From positions 26,586 to 90,585 of the forward strand of contig JAHPZI010000022.1 of NCBI GenBank assembly GCA_019058295.1: DNA of 64,000 nucleotides, written 5' to 3'. The DNA comes from Promethearchaeota archaeon (lineage in GTDB: Archaea; Asgardarchaeota; Lokiarchaeia; Sigyniarchaeales; SOKP01). The notes below the pieces were generated by a model that did not search any database, had not been told where the DNA came from, and worked only from the letters and a program-made list of their open reading frames with translations. Below are positions 44,652 to 54,071 of the stretch, piece after piece; position 1 is the first letter of the stretch; each line of letters starts with the position of its first letter. A program made the translations under genes and the position numbers.

Positions 44652-45804
44652 AAAAATTTATACGAGAATTTATTCCATAGATTTTCTCAAAGGTGTTGCT
44701 ATATGTATAATTATTTTGATTAATACAGCAGAAATGTGGATTGATAAAGAGTCAAGATATATTTATGCGTTGATTTATTTGTATTTGGATGTTATTGGAA
44801 CTTCATTATTCATTTTTTTATATTCTTTATCTGTAATATTTTTATGGAAAAAGAAGATGGGTTCCCATCCTAGCAAAGAAATTCGCAACGACATATTAAC
44901 AAGAGGATTTATGTTAATTATATTAGGTCTTGCATATAATATAATTTCAACATCAATTATGGCAAATCTATCATTTCCATTAAATATATGGGGATGGAAT
45001 ATACTAGTTTTTATTGGATTCGCACAAATAATTAGTTATTATGCTCTAAAACTCTCTAGAGGTACCAGGTGGATTCTTGGATTTTTAATCTTTTTTGCAA
45101 GTACACCTATAAGAGAATTATTAATTATATATAAAAATACTAATGCTATTGGAATGATTTTACATTTTATTATTATTTCTCCTAATCCTCAAGTGACAAT
45201 TCTTCCATATGTCGCATTATGTTTTTTTTCAACAATTTTTGGAGAACGTTTTTTAGAGTGTTTGCAACTCAATGCTAAGGCATGCAATTTAGAGGCATTT
45301 CGTGCTTTAATGATATTTGGGATTATATTCTTATTTCTTGGAATATTTTATGGCTATAGTCTTGTAACACCAGAAATTCTCAATCCTGAAGATTATCCAA
45401 TGATAAATTTGTTCCAAATTTTAAAAAAACAGCCAAATTTTTCAATATCAGGAATCCCGGGATATTTAATAAGGGGAACCGCACCAAATTTGCTGTATGG
45501 GCTAGGCGTAACCTTAATAATTCTTGGAATTATATTTTACTTTCTCGATATTAGATATATCCAAAATTCCTTGATTAAAATGTTTGGATTTTACGGAAGA
45601 GCCTCACTAAGTTTGGTTTTTATTCATTGCCTTGGATTATTATTCTTTATTCAACAATTAAATGTCATTGTTTTTTTTATAGCATATTTCGTATACATTA
45701 GTTTTTTAGGGATTTTAATGTATTTATGGTATAAATATGCTAAGGATATAGGCACTCTAAAGTGGCTTTTATCGAAGATTGGTTCCTCTCATAAAATCGA
45801 CTAG
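44632..45804 (+). CDS. DUF1624 / HGSNAT-like transmembrane acyltransferase
   Basis: 390 aa and polytopic. The N-terminal RIYSIDFLKGVAICIIILINT matches the R..s.D..RG consensus of this family. It overlaps the GNAT gene by about 20 nt. Confidence 0.5.
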   Translation: MDLLMNEKIYTRIYSIDFLKGVAICIIILINTAEMWIDKESRYIYALIYLYLDVIGTSLFIFLYSLSVIFLWKKKMGSHPSKEIRNDILTRGFMLIILGLAYNIISTSIMANLSFPLNIWGWNILVFIGFAQIISYYALKLSRGTRWILGFLIFFASTPIRELLIIYKNTNAIGMILHFIIISPNPQVTILPYVALCFFSTIFGERFLECLQLNAKACNLEAFRALMIFGIIFLFLGIFYGYSLVTPEILNPEDYPMINLFQILKKQPNFSISGIPGYLIRGTAPNLLYGLGVTLIILGIIFYFLDIRYIQNSLIKMFGFYGRASLSLVFIHCLGLLFFIQQLNVIVFFIAYFVYISFLGILMYLWYKYAKDIGTLKWLLSKIGSSHKID

Positions 45805-47228
45805 AACCTTTCTGAATTTGAATTATCTAAAGATTTGATTTTTTCAGTAATTAAATTTAAATTAACCTCATCCAATAAATCTGCATAATAGCGCTTAGCT
45901 CTTTCCCAATTGGATAATGCTATTTCAATGATTCCATTATTGACATATATATCGCCTAATCTATGAAGGACATCTGCTGATTCTTTAAAATAATTTTGAT
46001 CTTCAAAAATTTCTAAAGCGTTTTCATAATTTTTAATTGCTTCAGATTCATTTTTTAAATTATCTAAGTAAATCCAAGCGATCTTTCTTAATAACTGAGC
46101 AACCTTATATTCGTCTCCAAATTTATAATAAATCTCTTGAGATTTATAATAAATCTCAATCGCTTTTTGGTATTCGCCTTTAATCTCATATAATTTTGCT
46201 AAATTTTTTAAGATTTTTGCTTCATGTAGACTCTCTTCTAACTCAAAAAGGCGAATTTCTTCAAGACTTTTATATAGATAATCTTTGGCTTCTTCATAAT
46301 TATTATATAATAAATTTAATTTGCCTAAATAAAGATAACACTCCCATTTTAATTCTGCTTTAACAGATTGATAAGTTTTATCTTTTAGGAGAGAAATCAA
46401 ATCTAAGGCATCTACTAAATTTTTATGTGAGGTTTTGTAAGAATTAACCCCCAAATAATAACCCAGCTTTCCAAGTTTAATAACTGAAACGATTATTCCG
46501 TACAAATCGCCTATTTGTCTAAAATATTCTAAATTTCTATTTAAAATTTTTTTAGCTTCATCATAATTTTTTAATAAAAATAAAATATCAACAAGATTAC
46601 TATATGTTTTAATTTCTTCCGAGATAAAATTGTATTGTTCAGCTAATTTTAGAGCCTTATCATAAAATTCATAGCTGTGTTCTAAATCTTTTAGCAAGTA
46701 ATATACGTTCGCCAAATTATTGTAAACTAGGATTAAACTACGAGGGCTATTCATTTCTTTTAAATTTGATATAGATTGTTCAAAATGATAAATTGCCTGG
46801 TCAAAAAATCCATTTTCTTCATGAATTAATCCAATTTCATTGTGGGAAACCGCAATATTGAAAAAATCATCTTCTGCTATGAAATTATCCAATGCTAATT
46901 CAAAAATTTTTAAAGATGTAGATAAATCTTTCTTTTTTTGAAATAAAATAGCTTTTTCTAAAAGTAATTTACCAATTGAATCTTCTAAGTTTTGTTTTTG
47001 TTCTATAATCTTATTAATTTCATCAATTTTTTTATCAATCTTTTCATCTTTTATTTCATATAATTCGTCGTCCTTTTGATAATGATTTTGCTCAACCACA
47101 TCTTTATCAAGAATCCGACTAATGCTTCTACTTTTTTTTTCATAAAGTTTGACTATTAAGGGCTTATTACAATTTTTACAATAATCCCAGTCAGGTTCGA
47201 TCCTATTCCCACAATAAGGACAGTTCAT
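45801..47228 (-). CDS. Zinc-ribbon + TPR-repeat protein
   Basis: 475 aa. The N-terminus is CPYCGNRIEPDWDYCKNCNKP, followed by at least 8 TPR-like repeats with an A..Y...L......A...Y..AL pattern. Confidence 0.65.
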   Translation of the reverse strand: MNCPYCGNRIEPDWDYCKNCNKPLIVKLYEKKSRSISRILDKDVVEQNHYQKDDELYEIKDEKIDKKIDEINKIIEQKQNLEDSIGKLLLEKAILFQKKKDLSTSLKIFELALDNFIAEDDFFNIAVSHNEIGLIHEENGFFDQAIYHFEQSISNLKEMNSPRSLILVYNNLANVYYLLKDLEHSYEFYDKALKLAEQYNFISEEIKTYSNLVDILFLLKNYDEAKKILNRNLEYFRQIGDLYGIIVSVIKLGKLGYYLGVNSYKTSHKNLVDALDLISLLKDKTYQSVKAELKWECYLYLGKLNLLYNNYEEAKDYLYKSLEEIRLFELEESLHEAKILKNLAKLYEIKGEYQKAIEIYYKSQEIYYKFGDEYKVAQLLRKIAWIYLDNLKNESEAIKNYENALEIFEDQNYFKESADVLHRLGDIYVNNGIIEIALSNWERAKRYYADLLDEVNLNLITEKIKSLDNSNSERF

Positions 47229-47258
47229 AACTAAATTTATAGCGTTTTATTGTTATTT

Positions 47259-48125
47259 TTATAATCTTATTTTATTTTTCTTTTCTTTATATTCTTCTAA
47301 TTCATTTTTTATATCTTCATCACTTAATCCAAAGGATCTTAGTAATACATTGATTTGCAAAATTGCATTTTTTAACTTTATGGACTCGGCTATATAAAGA
47401 GCTTTAATATATTGTTCTTTTGCCTCTTTGATTCGACCTTGATAAAACAAGTTTTCACCCACATAACCTAATCCTTTTATAATAAGCTCTGCGTAATTTG
47501 CTTCAATTGCAAGATTTGTACCTTTTTTAAAATATATAAGAGCATTATCTAATTTATTACTTTTTTTCTGTAAAATTCCTAAATTAAAATACGAAACTAT
47601 AATTCCATTCCTATCTTTTATTTCTTTAAAAGCCTTTAAGCTTTTTTTATACAATTCAAAAACAATATCCCATTTCTCTTGTTTTTCGTAAATATAAACT
47701 AGATTTCCCAAACAATCCAATAAATTATAGATATCATTATTGTCAGAACAAACCGAACTACATTCTAAAAATATATCACATGCCTCATCTAAATTATTTA
47801 GCTTGATATAATTATTTCCGATTCCTTTTAGACAGGTTATTAATTCAGGGATTTGTTTTAATTCCTCATAGATATCAGATGCTTTTTGATAAAAATCAAT
47901 TGATTTTTCAAATTCATCTTTCTTAAAATATAAAGTACCAAGAATTCCAAACACAGCTGCTTGACCTAGTCGATCTTTTTGCTTTTTAAAATGTTTTAAA
48001 CATATTAAAAAATTTTTTTCAGAATCATCAAATTGTTCAATTTCTAACTGAAGAAATGCAAGGTCGCTTAATTCTCCTATATAGTTTGAAGTTTTACCAT
48101 TTTCTTCTAATTGTTTTAATATCAA
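47259..48125 (-). CDS. TPR-repeat protein
   Basis: 288 aa, TPR-like repeats throughout. The start is TTG, and the frame is open a further 25 codons upstream. Confidence 0.6.
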   Translation of the reverse strand: MILKQLEENGKTSNYIGELSDLAFLQLEIEQFDDSEKNFLICLKHFKKQKDRLGQAAVFGILGTLYFKKDEFEKSIDFYQKASDIYEELKQIPELITCLKGIGNNYIKLNNLDEACDIFLECSSVCSDNNDIYNLLDCLGNLVYIYEKQEKWDIVFELYKKSLKAFKEIKDRNGIIVSYFNLGILQKKSNKLDNALIYFKKGTNLAIEANYAELIIKGLGYVGENLFYQGRIKEAKEQYIKALYIAESIKLKNAILQINVLLRSFGLSDEDIKNELEEYKEKKNKIRL

Positions 48126-48365
48126 CGACTTTTCTTTGATTAATTCTTTAATTTCTTCTCGAGTTAGATCAATATTTCTTTTGACTTGAATAGAAAGACC
48201 TCAATTTAAGTATTTTAGTTATATTTTTAAAGAATTTGTTCTAGAATTTTAGCTGCGTTTTATTCAATTTATATAATATATCTATAAAAATTAAAAAAAT
48301 GCTTATCTATTATATATTTAGCGATATATTTTTAATTAGAATTATTAAAACTGAGGAATTAAAAG

Positions 48366-49478
48366 TTGAAAATTAAGGCAAGATTATGGGACAAACTGGA
48401 CGAGGGCAAGGTAAAATGTCATGTATGCGCCAATGAATGTACTATAATGCCTGGAAAAGTAGGAATTTGTAGAACGCGCAAAAATTTTGATGGTGAACTA
48501 TTTTCATTAATTTACGGATCCCTAATATCATCGGGAAGCTTAGATCCTATTGAAAAAAAACCACTTTATAATTTTTGGCCTGGTGCCACAGCTTATTCAA
48601 TTGCATCAATTGGTTGTTCTTTTCGATGTCAAAATTGCCAAAATTGGTCAATAAGTCAGGCTAATCCTACAGATGACGGAAAAAACGGTTTCTTTGATTT
48701 AGAAGGTTATAATGATCGTGGAATGTCGTTAGTCGAGATGACTCCAGAAAAACTGGTTAAAAAAGTTATAAAAAGTGGAGCTAAAACTCTTGCTTACACT
48801 TATAATGAACCATTAATATGGCACGAATGGATTTTAGATACGGCAATACTTCTTAAAAAAGAAGATATTAAAACAATTTTAGTTACCAATGGATTTTCAA
48901 CACCAGAAGCCTCAAAAGAACTAATTGAAGTAGGAATCGATGCCGCTAATATAGATATTAAAGCTATGTCCGATGCTTTTTATAAAGAAATATGTGGTGT
49001 AAAATCAGTCCAACCAGTGTTAGACACCGCTAAGCGTTTTAAAAATAACGGAATACATGTAGAAGTTACAAATCTAATAATACCTAATTGGAACGATAGC
49101 CAAGAAGATATTAAAAAATTATGTAATTGGATTGTTGATAATTTAGGGAAGAATACACCTACACACTTTTCAGCTTATCACCCAGATTTCAAGGTTCCTT
49201 CTAAGAAAAGGACTCCATACGAGACGCTAAATATGGCTTATAAAATCGCAAAAGAAGCCGGTTTATATTTTCCTTATATAGGAAATATAAGCCACGAGGA
49301 AGGTAGTAATACTTATTGTCCCAACTGTAATCATTTAATTTTTGGGAGATCAGGGTATTCCTTCACTAAAATTGACATAACTGAAGATAATAAATGTCCT
49401 AACTGTGGATACGACTTAAAGAACGATATAATTGGAAAATCAAACAAAAGTCCTTCACACAGATTCGCTTTTCTCTAA
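48366..49478 (+). CDS. AmmeMemoRadiSam-system radical SAM enzyme (PflA-like activase family)
   Basis: 370 aa. An N-terminal Cys cluster (KCHVCANECTI...GICRTRKN) and the radical SAM CxxxCxxC motif (GCSFRCQNCQNW) are present. The C-terminal zinc ribbon is CPNCNH...CPNCG. Confidence 0.7.
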   Translation: MKIKARLWDKLDEGKVKCHVCANECTIMPGKVGICRTRKNFDGELFSLIYGSLISSGSLDPIEKKPLYNFWPGATAYSIASIGCSFRCQNCQNWSISQANPTDDGKNGFFDLEGYNDRGMSLVEMTPEKLVKKVIKSGAKTLAYTYNEPLIWHEWILDTAILLKKEDIKTILVTNGFSTPEASKELIEVGIDAANIDIKAMSDAFYKEICGVKSVQPVLDTAKRFKNNGIHVEVTNLIIPNWNDSQEDIKKLCNWIVDNLGKNTPTHFSAYHPDFKVPSKKRTPYETLNMAYKIAKEAGLYFPYIGNISHEEGSNTYCPNCNHLIFGRSGYSFTKIDITEDNKCPNCGYDLKNDIIGKSNKSPSHRFAFL

Positions 49479-49512
49479 TTTTAATTAAAACTAAAAAAAA
49501 AAAAAAGATAAA

Positions 49513-50175
49513 TTAAACTATTGAGATTCCTAAGAGTACTAATAATAATCCTTGAATGACACAAAATACAGCAGCTATAAATGCGAATGGAGGCCAAGAA
49601 ATGATCTTGGAAATACTCATAAAAAGGGCTGTGTAAAATTTCACAGTTATAGCAGTTATAGCAAATATGATTAAAAATATAACTATCAAAGCAACCGCTA
49701 TCGTAGTTGAGACTGAAACACCAAGCGCCACAATAACCCATATTATTATGGCAGTTACTAATGACGCAGCTGCAAGTCCAATTATACTTGATATCGGAAG
49801 ATCATTCAAAGGTTTAAAGAACGTAAGCAAACCAAAAATAATCAAGAAGATTGAGGTAAATATATTAACTGAATTAGCTGTTTCAGTACCATATTTTGTA
49901 CTTGGAGGTATATTTAGTATTAATCCAGTAGCTCCACTAAAAATACTCAATATACCCATAACAAATCCGATATAAGTCAACAATTTTAAAAATGGAGTGA
50001 TATTGAATTCCCAATCATCTATTTTTGTCAATTTACGCCATGTTTCTCTTCTATTTGCTTCGTAGGCTGCATAAATTAACCACATAATCCCAAGTAGCAC
50101 CAGTATAAGCCATGCATATTCCGCTAATGGTTTAAAAAAGCCATCTACCCATTCTACCATATAAATTCTCACCAA
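49513..50175 (-). CDS. Hypothetical polytopic membrane protein
   Basis: 220 aa with about 6 TM helices. It is the longest of three overlapping track ORFs at this position. Confidence 0.45.
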   Translation of the reverse strand: MVRIYMVEWVDGFFKPLAEYAWLILVLLGIMWLIYAAYEANRRETWRKLTKIDDWEFNITPFLKLLTYIGFVMGILSIFSGATGLILNIPPSTKYGTETANSVNIFTSIFLIIFGLLTFFKPLNDLPISSIIGLAAASLVTAIIIWVIVALGVSVSTTIAVALIVIFLIIFAITAITVKFYTALFMSISKIISWPPFAFIAAVFCVIQGLLLVLLGISIV

Positions 50176-50376
50176 ATTTTAATTTTTCAATTAAATTAAA
50201 ATTATACGAATATTGTATTTTTTTTCTAATATAATTTTATGGTAGTCCAATTTTTATTATAATCCAATAAAAATGTAAACTAACTGGAAAGGATGTTTTA
50301 GTAATAATTTTTAAATGTTTTTAGATTTATATTTTATTAATGAACTTTTTGTAAAATCTACCAAAAATGACAAAAA

Positions 50377-53300
50377 ATGAAAGGGAAGAACAAGAGTCTA
50401 ATTATTCTTTTAATCATAATACTACCACTTTTAATAATACTAAATGTTTCTCCTATAAATTCGAAAAATGATGACATGGTTATCGATGAATTAAATGAAC
50501 AGATTATAAACAAAAAAGAGCTAAGAAAACCTAAATCTTCAGGATCTTGGGATAATATCTATAGAATTCATATTAAAAATGATAATTGGTCTGCAACAGA
50601 TTTGCCATGGATTCAAAATCGAACTGGTACTTGGGACGACCCTCATATTATTGAGAATTTAACAATTAGTAGTAGTGGTGTGCGGGACGGCATTTTAATC
50701 GAAGATTCTAATCAATCCTTTATAATTAGAAATTGCACTATTCTTAATTGTGGAGATTCCATTATACCTCAAAATTATGGGGCTATTAAATTAATAAGGT
50801 CAAGTAATGGGACAATAATGGACAATAATTGTTCACTTAATTTTGCAGCAGGGATTTTTTTACAGGAAAACTGCAAGAATAATACTATTGTTAACAATAC
50901 GTTATTTAATAATATTGGCCCAGGCATTTCTTTAACTTCAGGATCAGGAGATGGCTGTCAGAATAACAATATTTCCGGAAATATTATTTGCCACAATAAA
51001 GCTGATGGTTTAATATTAGATAGAAGCAATTACAATAACATCACAGACAATACTATCTATAAAAATAGCTTAGCAGGAATTGATATAATGGATAGTAAAT
51101 ATAACATAATTTTAGGGAATAAAGTATATAATAATTCTATGTGGGGTCTTTTAATAATGGGAGATAATACCAGTATAATTAATAATAGGATTTATGATGG
51201 TATTACTTTGTATATAGGGGAAAACCTCACTCTACAAAACAATCAGTTATATAATTGTGGAATATCCATAGGTGGTGGTTCGGTTGAACAATGTGCCTCA
51301 AATAGAATAGATTTGTCTAATTTGGTAAACGGAAAACCACTTTATTACTATTGTAATAAAAGCGATCTTTCAAGTATTAATTTTTCATATGCTGGTAATC
51401 CAGGTCAAATAGTATTGTCGCATACTAGTAACTCAATTATAGAGGATATTACAATTTCTCATACTTCATATGCTATTTTTTTATCCTCTTGTAAAAATAT
51501 TACTATAAAAAACTCTAATTTAACCAAAAATAGTAATGGGATAATGTTAACTGGTTCTTCCTATAATAATGTATCTGGAAATGAAATAAACGACAATAAA
51601 TACTACGGAATTATTATGAGAATTAGTTCTTACAATAATATTACTCAGAATAACATAAGTAATAATGAAAATGGTATTTATATGGATGCAGGAATGTACC
51701 ACTTTGGTAATGTGGATCATAATCTGATATCTGGAAATTTCATAAATCATAACTCGGAAGTGGGGATTAAAATTGATGGAGAAGCAAATTATAATACTAT
51801 TAAAAACAACACAATTAACTCTAATAATGATGGAATTAGTTTCTGGGGATATCGCCAATTTATGGGGTCAGATCATTGTACAGATAACTATTTTGTAAAT
51901 AATACTTTAAATTATAACTTTAGATATGGTATCTTTATTCGCGGATATCTTTCAGGTGATGTCTTTGATATATATACTTTTATTTTAGGTAATAAGATGA
52001 AATCATGTGGAATTGGTGTTAGAGGAGATACGGATGCACTTTCACAAATTACAATAAACAATGAAAATAAAGTAAATGGAAAGACAGTATATTATTATGT
52101 ATCAGAAAATGACTTAGGAAACGATAATTTTTCTACGTTTGGAGTTCCTGGTCAGATTATTTTAATAGACTGTAAAGACTCTTACATTTCAAATTTCAAT
52201 GTGTCTCATACTTCTATAGGCATCTCAATACAATTATGTGAAAATATTAGAATAAACAACAATACTGCTTCATTTAACTTCGGGGGTATAGAAGATGTTG
52301 AAGGTTTAAAAAACTATATTTTTAACAATACAGCTTCTCATAATAGGTATTACGGAATAAATCCATATACAACAAATTCTCCAGAAGTATCAAAAAACAT
52401 TTTAATCCAAAATAACAACTGGGGAATATATATTGAAAGTACTGTAAATGCAAATCTTACTGAAAATGAGATGGAAGGCTGTGGGATTGGAATCTACCAC
52501 TTTTTTGTTAGTGAAATTGATTCACATAATATCGAAACATCAAATACTGTTAATAGTAATCCTGTGTATTATTATAAAAATAAATTAAATTTGAATCCAT
52601 CAAATTTCTCAAATGCTGGACAGGTTATTTTAATTAACTGCAATAATTCCTTAATATCAAACATAGATGTTTCTGGTGGTTCGAAAGGATTATATCTAGT
52701 TAATTGCGAGAATAATACAATTTTGAATATCAATAGCTCGTATAATCTTTTCTCAGGGATTCACCTACGTGGATGTATGAATATAACAATTAAATTAGTC
52801 AATACATCATTAAATGCCGATGGTATTATAGTAGATTCTTCATTGAATAATACTATAAAAGAAAATTATATAGAAAATAATTACGGACAAGGTGTTTCTA
52901 TCTCTAATAGCCATGAAAATATTGTTTATAATAATACCTTTGTTAACAATGGTGTTAATGCAATTGATAATGGACAATTAAATAGATGGGATAATGGCTC
53001 TCTTGGGAATTTTTGGGATGATTATACAGGATTTGATGTGATTGCTCCTTTTGGTATAGGTGATACACCCTATCTTATACCTGGTTCTGCTGGAGCTAAA
53101 GATAATTACCCAATTTTCTATAAGGGAAGTGTACCCCCACTCAAAGTAATAATTATCGATCCTGCTGCTGGCACATATGGTCCTGCTTCTTTATTGATTA
53201 ATGCCTCAATAACCGATTCAAATAAAGCATTTGCAATGATTAATGCGACTATATCATTTAACATTTCCATGACAAAGTCAGGATCTTATTGGATCTGCTA

Positions 53301-53916
53301 TTGGGATAACATCTCACAATACACCTCAGGTGATTATAATATTACAATCTGGGCAATTGATATCCATGGTTATGTAAATGATACTGAATTTGTCATTATC
53401 ACGATTGATACTGATGAACCAAGTGTGTTAATAATCGATCCTGCTGCTGGCACTTATGGTTCTGCTTCATTATTGATCAATGCTTCAATAACGGATGTAA
53501 CTCAAGCAGTAGCAATGATAAATGCGTCCACGCCATTTACCATTTCCATGAAACTATCGGGTTCTTATTGGAACTGCTCCTGGAACAATATCTCACTATA
53601 CACTTCAGGAGATTATAATATTACCATTTGGGCAATTGATAACAATGGTAACGTAAATGCAACTGAATATGTTGTAATTACGATAGAGATCGGGGGAGCC
53701 CCAGGTCTTCCTGCTGCCGCTGCTGATGATGATGACGATGATGGTGATGGAAAGGACGAGTTTGATATCGTTGAATTTCTAACAAGTCCGATAGGGCTAA
53801 CTATAATCGGAGGTTCAATTGCCGCTGTAGCAATTATTACAATCATAAAGATAAAAGGTTCTGGTAAATCTCGAGCGAAAGAAATTGAGAGAATCGAAAG
53901 ATTAGGGAGTGAATAA
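50377..53916 (+). CDS. Giant surface protein with parallel beta-helix (PbH1/NosD-like) repeats, two Ig-like modules and a C-terminal poly-Asp + TM anchor (paralog A)
   Basis: 1179 aa with a signal/TM N-terminus. It has tens of about 22-aa repeats of the form N.I.gN.i..N...GI.l..s..N.I..N. There are two 93-aa tandem modules (PAAGTYG.ASLLINASITD...). The C-terminus reads AAAADDDDDDGDGKDEF, TM, KGSGKSRAKE. Confidence 0.8.
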   Translation: MKGKNKSLIILLIIILPLLIILNVSPINSKNDDMVIDELNEQIINKKELRKPKSSGSWDNIYRIHIKNDNWSATDLPWIQNRTGTWDDPHIIENLTISSSGVRDGILIEDSNQSFIIRNCTILNCGDSIIPQNYGAIKLIRSSNGTIMDNNCSLNFAAGIFLQENCKNNTIVNNTLFNNIGPGISLTSGSGDGCQNNNISGNIICHNKADGLILDRSNYNNITDNTIYKNSLAGIDIMDSKYNIILGNKVYNNSMWGLLIMGDNTSIINNRIYDGITLYIGENLTLQNNQLYNCGISIGGGSVEQCASNRIDLSNLVNGKPLYYYCNKSDLSSINFSYAGNPGQIVLSHTSNSIIEDITISHTSYAIFLSSCKNITIKNSNLTKNSNGIMLTGSSYNNVSGNEINDNKYYGIIMRISSYNNITQNNISNNENGIYMDAGMYHFGNVDHNLISGNFINHNSEVGIKIDGEANYNTIKNNTINSNNDGISFWGYRQFMGSDHCTDNYFVNNTLNYNFRYGIFIRGYLSGDVFDIYTFILGNKMKSCGIGVRGDTDALSQITINNENKVNGKTVYYYVSENDLGNDNFSTFGVPGQIILIDCKDSYISNFNVSHTSIGISIQLCENIRINNNTASFNFGGIEDVEGLKNYIFNNTASHNRYYGINPYTTNSPEVSKNILIQNNNWGIYIESTVNANLTENEMEGCGIGIYHFFVSEIDSHNIETSNTVNSNPVYYYKNKLNLNPSNFSNAGQVILINCNNSLISNIDVSGGSKGLYLVNCENNTILNINSSYNLFSGIHLRGCMNITIKLVNTSLNADGIIVDSSLNNTIKENYIENNYGQGVSISNSHENIVYNNTFVNNGVNAIDNGQLNRWDNGSLGNFWDDYTGFDVIAPFGIGDTPYLIPGSAGAKDNYPIFYKGSVPPLKVIIIDPAAGTYGPASLLINASITDSNKAFAMINATISFNISMTKSGSYWICYWDNISQYTSGDYNITIWAIDIHGYVNDTEFVIITIDTDEPSVLIIDPAAGTYGSASLLINASITDVTQAVAMINASTPFTISMKLSGSYWNCSWNNISLYTSGDYNITIWAIDNNGNVNATEYVVITIEIGGAPGLPAAAADDDDDDGDGKDEFDIVEFLTSPIGLTIIGGSIAAVAIITIIKIKGSGKSRAKEIERIERLGSE

Positions 53917-54071
53917 TTAAAAAATTATTTCATTTTTTTCTTATTTTCAAGTCTTTTTTATTTATTAAATGCTAATAAATTGGATTTGTTTTTTTATAAT
54001 AATTCTTAAATAATGTTAAATTGATATTTAATTATTGAATTTTTAGTAAAATCTACCAAAAATGACAAAAA

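Noticed and set aside
45801-45804. Overlapping convergent stop codons (CTAG) of genes 44632..45804 and 45801..47228
   Set aside because: This is a trivial consequence of compact convergent genes, with no evidence of function.
48126-48200. N-terminal extension of the TPR protein via ATT at 48189-48191 (TGAGGT, then a 6-nt spacer, then ATT)
   Set aside because: An in-frame TTG start already exists at 48125, and the 22 extra residues have no recognisable homology. It is kept only as weak supporting context for the non-canonical start observation.
50367-50377. Upstream ATG (atgacaaaaaatg) before each giant beta-helix gene, considered as the true start or a regulatory uORF
   Set aside because: It is out of frame with the signal-peptide-encoding ORF and terminates after about 40 codons without features. 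It is conserved only because the whole leader is duplicated.
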